From a candidate division WWE3 bacterium (GTDB taxonomy: Bacteria > Patescibacteriota > WWE3 > UBA101185 > UBA10185): 64,000 nucleotides of DNA. Positions 58,524-64,000 of this stretch are shown here, in pieces. The number at the start of each line of letters is the position of its first letter. Within the stretch, counting starts at the first letter, position 1. Position numbers and translations under genes: made by a program. The stretch lies in NCBI GenBank assembly GCA_012798115.1, contig JAAZNV010000006.1:19232-83231 (forward strand), given 5' to 3'. The notes under the pieces were generated by a model. That model did not search any database, was not told the origin of the DNA, and saw nothing but the letters and a program-made list of their open reading frames with translations.

Positions 58524-59696
58524 ATGGCAATATCGGAATTTAATGCAGCAATAAGTCAAGTTGCAGCTGAAAAAGGAATAACTGTAGAAAGTGTTCTTGA
58601 ATCAGTTAAATCTGCATTAGCTACAGCTTATAAAAAAGACAGAAGAGAAGCTGGAGAAAAGGTGGAGCTAGAAGAAATAGTTGTAGACCTTAACCCAGAT
58701 ACTGGAGAAGTAAAAATATTAAAAGATGGTATGGATGTAACCCCTTCTGGATTTGGAAGAATAGCTGCACAAACTGCAAAACAAGTAATGGTCCAAAAGA
58801 TAAGAGAAACAGAAAAAGATGTTGTAACATCTGAATTCAAAGAAAAAATTGGTCAAATCATGTCTGGCATAGTATTTAGAATAGACAGAGGAACTGTAAC
58901 TCTTGATATGGGAAAAAATAGAAGCCAAGGAGTAATGCCAAAAAGTGAACAAGTACCTACAGAAGCTTATAGAATAAACCAAAGATTAAAGGTATTAGTA
59001 AAAGACATACAAGACACTACAAGAGGAACAGAAATTATTGTTAGTAGATCAGATCCTAAATTTGTAATTGAACTATTTAAACAAGAAGTTCCAGAAATAG
59101 CATCAGGTGTAGTAGTAATTGAAGCCATTGCTAGAGAAGCAGGATCAAGAACTAAAATGGCAGTATCTTCAAGTGATGAAAAGATTGATCCAGTAGGAAG
59201 TTGTGTTGGACAAAAAGGAGTAAGAGTTCAATCAATAATATCTGAGTTATTTGGAGAAAAGATAGATATTGTTCCTTATTCAAATATTACAGAAAAGTTT
59301 ATTGCTGCAAGCTTATCTCCTGCAAAAGTTACTGAAGTAGAATTGAATAAAGAAGAAAACAGAGCAATAGTGACTGTACCTGAAGACCAACAAAGTTTAG
59401 CAATTGGAAAAGAAGGTCAAAACGCAAGACTTGCAAACAAATTAACTAAATGGAAGATAGACATTAAAGGAATAGCTGGAGTATTCTCAAGTGAAGATGT
59501 AGAACAAGGTCTTGTTGGAGCAACTCCTGAAAAGGTGGTTGGGTTTTGGGATGAAGAAATCAAAAAAGCTAATGAAGCAGAAGAAGCTAAAAGGCAAGAG
59601 AAGAAAAATATAGAAGAAGCAGTTAAATCTTCTGATAACAAGGAATCTGTTGAGCAGAAAGAACAAGAGCAAACTGAAGAAAAAGTTGAAGAATGA
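58524..59696 (+). CDS. nusA: Transcription termination/antitermination factor NusA.
   Basis: N-terminal domain, S1, two KH (GSCVGQKGVRVQSII), acidic tail. Confidence 0.9.
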   Translation: MAISEFNAAISQVAAEKGITVESVLESVKSALATAYKKDRREAGEKVELEEIVVDLNPDTGEVKILKDGMDVTPSGFGRIAAQTAKQVMVQKIRETEKDVVTSEFKEKIGQIMSGIVFRIDRGTVTLDMGKNRSQGVMPKSEQVPTEAYRINQRLKVLVKDIQDTTRGTEIIVSRSDPKFVIELFKQEVPEIASGVVVIEAIAREAGSRTKMAVSSSDEKIDPVGSCVGQKGVRVQSIISELFGEKIDIVPYSNITEKFIAASLSPAKVTEVELNKEENRAIVTVPEDQQSLAIGKEGQNARLANKLTKWKIDIKGIAGVFSSEDVEQGLVGATPEKVVGFWDEEIKKANEAEEAKRQEKKNIEEAVKSSDNKESVEQKEQEQTEEKVEE

Positions 59697-59754
59697 AAAT
59701 GAAGTGCAGCTTACTTAACTTAAAAGTTAATAACTTTAAGAAGTTACTTAAAAT

Positions 59755-61248
59755 ATGGTCAATGAAAACAAAAGCAAAATTGAACAAAATATTAGAGCTC
59801 CAATTGTTACCGTTATGGGGCATGTTGACCATGGTAAAACCAGTATCCTTGATGCATTAAGAAAAACACACGTCCAAGAAAATGAATATGGTGGAATAAC
59901 TCAGCACATAGGTGCTTATCAAATATCCAAAGGCAATAAAAAAATTACATTCATTGACACCCCTGGTCATGCTGCGTTTGCTCAAATGAGAGCAAGAGGT
60001 GGAAAAGCAGCTGATATTGTTGTCCTAGTTGTTGCTGCAGATGAAGGGGTAAAGCCTCAAACAAAAGAAGCAATATCTCATATTAAAGCTGCTAACGTTC
60101 CTTTAATTGTTGCAATAAACAAAATGGATAAACCTGGAGCTGATCCAAGAAAAGTTAAGCAAGAACTAGCTCAAGAAAGCATATTAGTTGAAGATTGGGG
60201 AGGAAGTGAGTTATGTGTAGAATTATCTGCAAAAACGGGAGAAGGGTTAGACAAACTTTTAGATGCAATTCTCCTTTTGGCAGAAATGAATAACTTAAAA
60301 GGTGACCCTAAAGGAGAATTGGAAGCAATAATTATTGAATCAAGACTTGATAGAAAAAAAGGTGTTGTTGTTTCTTGCATAGTTAGAAATGGAACTTTAA
60401 GAGTGGGGGACAAGATAACAGCTAGTGGCTATAACGCAAAGGTTAGGTCAATGGTTGATGCAAATGGTAAGAATGTTAAGGAAGCCTTTCCTTCTGATCC
60501 TGTTGAGATACTTGGGTTTAGTAACGTTCCTCATGTTGGGGATTTAATCCTAACCGAAGGAAGTGAATTAGCTATATTATCACAAGATGAAGATAAAGTG
60601 GAAGTTGTTGGTAAAGATGCAAAAAGAATGATTTCTATCATTCTAAAAGCAGATACTCAAGGAACACTAGAAGCAGTAAAAAGCAGCCTTGCTGATCTTG
60701 TTACTACATCTTCTGCAGAAACAACATATGCTTTAAAATTTCTTCATTCTGGAACAGGAGATATAACAGAATCAGATGTAATGCTTGCCCAAAGTGGAAA
60801 AGGGGTTGTTATTGGGTTTGATGTTAGAATACCTTCTTCTGTAGAAGATTTAGCAGAGGCATCTGAAGTAATAGTTAAAACATACAAGACTATCTATGAT
60901 CTTATTGATGATGCAGCAAAACTTCTTGAAGGAACTGCAATTACAGAAACTTCAAAGATAAAAGGAAGAGCTAAAGTATTAAAGTTATTTAAACTTGAAT
61001 CTGGAGACATTATTGCAGGTTGTAAAGTATTAGCAGGAGCTTTAAAAGTTAAAGCTAGAGTTGCAATTTATGATAAAAATCCTGCAGATTTAAAGAAGGA
61101 AGATGAACCTTTGTTTTATGGTTCTATTAAAAAGCTTAAGAAAGGAAAAGATGATATTGATGTAGCTGGGAAAGATAATGAATGTGGAGTTCTTCTTAAA
61201 CCTCAATATGAAGAAATAGCTGAAGAGATGTATTTGGAGGTTCTTTAA
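59755..61248 (+). CDS. infB: Translation initiation factor IF-2 (short form lacking N-terminal extensions).
   Basis: G domain GHVDHGKTSILDAL, DTPGH, NKMD; C-terminal beta-barrels. Confidence 0.92.
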   Translation: MVNENKSKIEQNIRAPIVTVMGHVDHGKTSILDALRKTHVQENEYGGITQHIGAYQISKGNKKITFIDTPGHAAFAQMRARGGKAADIVVLVVAADEGVKPQTKEAISHIKAANVPLIVAINKMDKPGADPRKVKQELAQESILVEDWGGSELCVELSAKTGEGLDKLLDAILLLAEMNNLKGDPKGELEAIIIESRLDRKKGVVVSCIVRNGTLRVGDKITASGYNAKVRSMVDANGKNVKEAFPSDPVEILGFSNVPHVGDLILTEGSELAILSQDEDKVEVVGKDAKRMISIILKADTQGTLEAVKSSLADLVTTSSAETTYALKFLHSGTGDITESDVMLAQSGKGVVIGFDVRIPSSVEDLAEASEVIVKTYKTIYDLIDDAAKLLEGTAITETSKIKGRAKVLKLFKLESGDIIAGCKVLAGALKVKARVAIYDKNPADLKKEDEPLFYGSIKKLKKGKDDIDVAGKDNECGVLLKPQYEEIAEEMYLEVL

Positions 61249-61290
61249 TTTTAAAGGCCCTATCAATTATTGTTTTGATAAGGCCTCCAA

Positions 61291-62583
61291 TTAGTTAAAG
61301 TCTTTTCTGTTGTAGAAAACATCTCCTTTCTCGTCTACATTCCAAACTCCTTGTGCCCATTCTCCAGTGTAGGGATTGTATGTGCAGTTAGGAAAGGGTG
61401 CAGATTTAAACCCTATTTTCTCTCCGCAACTGCTGTATGATAAAGCTCTGCAATCATCACAGCAGTAACGATACTCACAGTCTTTACACACCAGTACGTC
61501 GTCCTTTGTATTTTTCCAGATGCTTTGAACGTTACTCTGGTTTACTAGATCACTTAGTCTAGATTCTCTACTGTTACCTAACACAATACTTCTCGAAAAG
61601 ATACACGGTAAGTAATCTCCGAATTCTGTTATAGTGATCTTTCCTTTGAGACACGAGTTGAAGGATCTAGATTTGCATATTGACTGTAGATCTGCGTAAA
61701 AGTTTGGTTTTGTTACTAATCCGTACTTTAGGTAGTACTCTAAGTCAGGTACTGTATCAATATCAGATCCCCGACCGGAAGGTCTGACCAGATCTACTTT
61801 TCCGTCTTTGATCCCTAAACCCTTTCTAAATTCTATAGTTTCTTCGATGGTATGTTGGTTTATTTTGGTTACCACTATTTCTGCCCTGACACTTACACCG
61901 AGATCCAAAAGCAATTTAATATTTTCTACAGTTCTCTTAAAACTTCCTGGTGTTCTTGTCACGGCATCATGTATCTCCTCTTTGTTTGAGTATAAAGTGG
62001 TTGCAATACTTAAACCCAATTTCTTAATGCATTGTATTTCAAGTGGTTTTACCAATGTGAGATTAGTAAAAAGCTCAACAAATTTCCAACCAACTTGCAG
62101 AGCGTACTCGGACAAATCTAGAACTGAGTGTCCAAATTTGTCTTTGTACTCGAAGGGTTCCCCACCTATAAACTGACACTTTCTGCATCCAAGAGAAAAT
62201 CCCTCTTCAATCAAACTTTTCCAGTCCAAATGTGTGAGAGTTTCTCTAGTTTCGCTATGGATGTCTTCTTTTGGAGGTCTTGAGTTAGAGTAACAGTGGA
62301 TGCACTGCAAGTTACATTTTTTAGTACAGATCTCAAACCACACAAAATCCAATTTAGCCACGCCTCTATCTTTCGGTATTGTACTGTCCACATATCTGTC
62401 AGTTACTTCGGCCAATCCTAATTTCTGTAAATCCTTCCAATAGTTGTCTTCTTTCTGACCATTCTGGATAATACTGACCGCGGATTTATTAATAGAGTAA
62501 ACTTTTTTGGAATTTGTATCTAGTATTGCCCCTCTTAATGCTCCTGTTACAAGGTACACCCCTGGTGAAAGCTTGTAGGCCAT
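61291..62583 (-). CDS. Radical SAM/SPASM-domain peptide-modifying enzyme with an N-terminal PqqD-like RRE (RiPP maturase candidate).
   Basis: CNLQCIHC (Cx3Cx2C) about 90 aa from the N-terminus; C-terminal Cys cluster CKDCEYRYCCDDCRALSYSSCG...C (SPASM/twitch-like); N-terminal AILDTNSKKVYSINKSAVSIIQNG...LQKLGL resembles PqqD/RRE. Confidence 0.8.
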   Translation of the reverse strand: MAYKLSPGVYLVTGALRGAILDTNSKKVYSINKSAVSIIQNGQKEDNYWKDLQKLGLAEVTDRYVDSTIPKDRGVAKLDFVWFEICTKKCNLQCIHCYSNSRPPKEDIHSETRETLTHLDWKSLIEEGFSLGCRKCQFIGGEPFEYKDKFGHSVLDLSEYALQVGWKFVELFTNLTLVKPLEIQCIKKLGLSIATTLYSNKEEIHDAVTRTPGSFKRTVENIKLLLDLGVSVRAEIVVTKINQHTIEETIEFRKGLGIKDGKVDLVRPSGRGSDIDTVPDLEYYLKYGLVTKPNFYADLQSICKSRSFNSCLKGKITITEFGDYLPCIFSRSIVLGNSRESRLSDLVNQSNVQSIWKNTKDDVLVCKDCEYRYCCDDCRALSYSSCGEKIGFKSAPFPNCTYNPYTGEWAQGVWNVDEKGDVFYNRKDFN

Positions 62584-62635
62584 TATTATATTATCTCCTT
62601 TCTCTAGTTTATTGGTGAGTATACTACACTACCTT

Positions 62636-63394
62636 TTAATATTTTTCATCTTCATCTTTATTGTACTGCGGATATTTTTCTTGCATTATTTTAAGGAATT
62701 GGTATATGTCTATTTGTTTACCGATTAGGTAGTTGTTCCAGTCCTCCAAAATATCTTTCTCCACTTTTTGTAAATGTTTATGTCCAACAGATTCTTTATT
62801 ACACTTAAAGTAGTACCCAGTTTTATTTAATCTTAACCTCATTTCATTATCTGAAATTAATTCTATTATTGCGTGTTCCAATACAGAATATTTAAATAAA
62901 GAATGAAGAAATTCATGAACTAAATAAACTAGGCTATAGTTTTTCCAGTGTTCGTACTGTCCCCAAAAAATTTTGTTGTGAGAATTTTTACCTATATGTA
63001 ATAATGAGCCAAATATAAACACATCAAAATTATTATTTGGTATAGGTATTCTTAGAATATTCTGCATCTCCTTATGTATGAGATCTTTGTTTGTTTTCCA
63101 TTGTTTCTCTAACCACTCTTTATGCTCTGATGCATTTTTTAACAAAGTAGAGAACTGCTTTGATTCAAGCCCATCTTGCAATATTCCTACAATATCCTCA
63201 TTTGCCTGATTTAGAATATTCTTAACATTATCGTTAAGTAATAATTCTTGATAGTTCCCCTGTAGTAATTGATACCCCATTTGGTACTTTTTCCACAGTG
63301 AATTTTGTAAGTCCACCCACCCTTCAATATCTGGATTTTGCATTAGCCCTGTAATAAATAGTATTTCTTTTGAGATTTTAAAATGTAGTTCCAT
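62636..63394 (-). CDS. HExxH-motif protein (putative zinc metallopeptidase or scaffold) between the precursor and the radical SAM gene.
   Basis: LVYLVHEFLHSLF then ...VLEHAIIE; no other family recognised. Confidence 0.5.
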   Translation of the reverse strand: MELHFKISKEILFITGLMQNPDIEGWVDLQNSLWKKYQMGYQLLQGNYQELLLNDNVKNILNQANEDIVGILQDGLESKQFSTLLKNASEHKEWLEKQWKTNKDLIHKEMQNILRIPIPNNNFDVFIFGSLLHIGKNSHNKIFWGQYEHWKNYSLVYLVHEFLHSLFKYSVLEHAIIELISDNEMRLRLNKTGYYFKCNKESVGHKHLQKVEKDILEDWNNYLIGKQIDIYQFLKIMQEKYPQYNKDEDEKY

Positions 63395-63424
63395 ATATGT
63401 TTTATTCTAAAATACTTATCTAAA

Positions 63425-63463
63425 TAAAAAAAGCGGACGGAATTTCTTTCGATAACTCCGTCC
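63425..63463 (-). terminator. Intrinsic terminator or attenuator hairpin (GGACGGA-loop-TCCGTCC then U7 on the minus strand) 7 nt after the precursor stop.
   Basis: Inverted repeat 63435-63441 / 63457-63463 and A7 run 63425-63432 on the plus strand, seen directly. Confidence 0.55.
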
Positions 63464-63469
63464 TTGAAG

Positions 63470-63628
63470 CTATTGTTTTGGTGCACATTGTGGTATGCAG
63501 TTAGGACTACACCCATTACCTACGTCTGGGCTGCATCTGGAAGTAGTTTTATTTACTTCAGATACGTCAGTCACAAGAAGAATTTCAGGTTTTTCTTCTT
63601 TAGTACTTGGTTTTTTAGCAGTATCCAT
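63470..63628 (-). CDS. Candidate RiPP precursor peptide (52 aa) with a Cys-rich C-terminal core.
   Basis: MDTAKKPSTKEEKPEILLVTDVSEVNKTTS|RCSPDVGNGCSPNCIPQCAPKQ, with four C-x-P-x units. ATG 63628 has RBS GAGAAAGGAG 8 nt upstream. The track ORF extends to GTG 63703, but the predicted promoter lies inside that extension. Confidence 0.55.
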   Translation of the reverse strand: MDTAKKPSTKEEKPEILLVTDVSEVNKTTSRCSPDVGNGCSPNCIPQCAPKQ

Positions 63629-63657
63629 AGCACGTGCTCCTTTCTCTAATAATGCTA

Positions 63658-63685
63658 ATATTACACTGCTTGAAACAACTGTCAA
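63658..63685 (-). promoter_or_regulatory. Sigma70-like promoter for the precursor operon (TTGACA, 16-nt spacer, TAATAT on the minus strand).
   Basis: -35 at 63680-63685 and -10 at 63658-63663 (minus strand), read directly. Confidence 0.4.
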
Positions 63686-63798
63686 TTTGAGCGCTGTTGA
63701 CACTATAAGTCAAATATTGTACAATACCCATGATTCTGATACCATACTAAGTTCCTAACTTAATTATCCTGCTTTTAAATAAATATTATGAATGGTGA

Positions 63799-64000
63799 AA
63801 TAGATAAAACAAATCAAATAATAGAACTGTTAAAAGAAGCAAATAACATTGCAGTAGTACCTTCTAAAGTAGCTGGTGTTGATGCATTTGCTGCTGGAGT
63901 AGGGCTATACTTCATGCTTAAAGATTTAAATAAAAACGTTACCGTTGTTTATCCGGGGGCTAAGCCAGAAGAATTTACTGATTTAACAGATGTAAACATT
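63799..64000 (+). CDS. NrnA/DHH-family phosphoesterase-like protein, N-terminal fragment (continues past the window edge).
   Basis: MNGEIDKTNQIIELLKEANNIAVVPSKVAGVDAFAAGVGLYFMLKDL resembles the NrnA N-terminus (xHxxPDGDAxGS..AL), with PDGD replaced by VAGVD. Confidence 0.35.

Noticed and set aside
1-64000. Looked for CRISPR arrays, a reverse transcriptase or DGR template/variable repeat pair, integrase or transposase.
   Set aside because: No regularly spaced direct repeats of 25-40 nt and no RT (YxDD), integrase or transposase motifs found in any frame.

Overview
This 64 kb window looks like a contig from a low-GC (about one-third GC by eye) small-genome bacterium, with compact, often overlapping genes. 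The gene content is reminiscent of candidate phyla radiation (Patescibacteria-like) or Firmicutes-like genomes, but that is inference only. Housekeeping genes are scattered through it: uppS, tsaC, lysS, greA, recJ, an archaeal-type aspS, gltX, recA-recX, rny-ymdB, hup, a J-domain co-chaperone, nusA-infB, and two tRNAs (Gln-CUG on the minus strand, Glu-CUC on the plus strand). Accessory content includes a two-component system beside a MacAB/HlyD-like tripartite efflux module and a short accessory stretch (13.4-16.8 kb) with three copies of a ~45-55 nt intergenic repeat next to tRNA-Gln. A higher-GC islet sits immediately 3' of tRNA-Glu and carries a small membrane protein and a standalone FtsH-like M41 peptidase domain. 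There is a 2.7-kaa LPXTG surface protein (SdrD-B-like, Myxococcus-type Cys-rich and DUF11 modules) with an adjacent sortase, plus several secreted Cys-rich proteins including one with a thrombospondin type-1-like repeat. The most interesting locus is at the right edge (61.3-63.7 kb, minus strand): a candidate RiPP cluster with a predicted promoter, RBS, a ~52-aa Cys-rich precursor bearing four C-x-P-x repeats, an intrinsic-terminator-like hairpin, an HExxH protein, and a radical SAM/SPASM maturase with an N-terminal PqqD-like RRE. No CRISPR array, reverse transcriptase or transposase was recognised. All calls are by eye from the translations and sequence; no searches were run.
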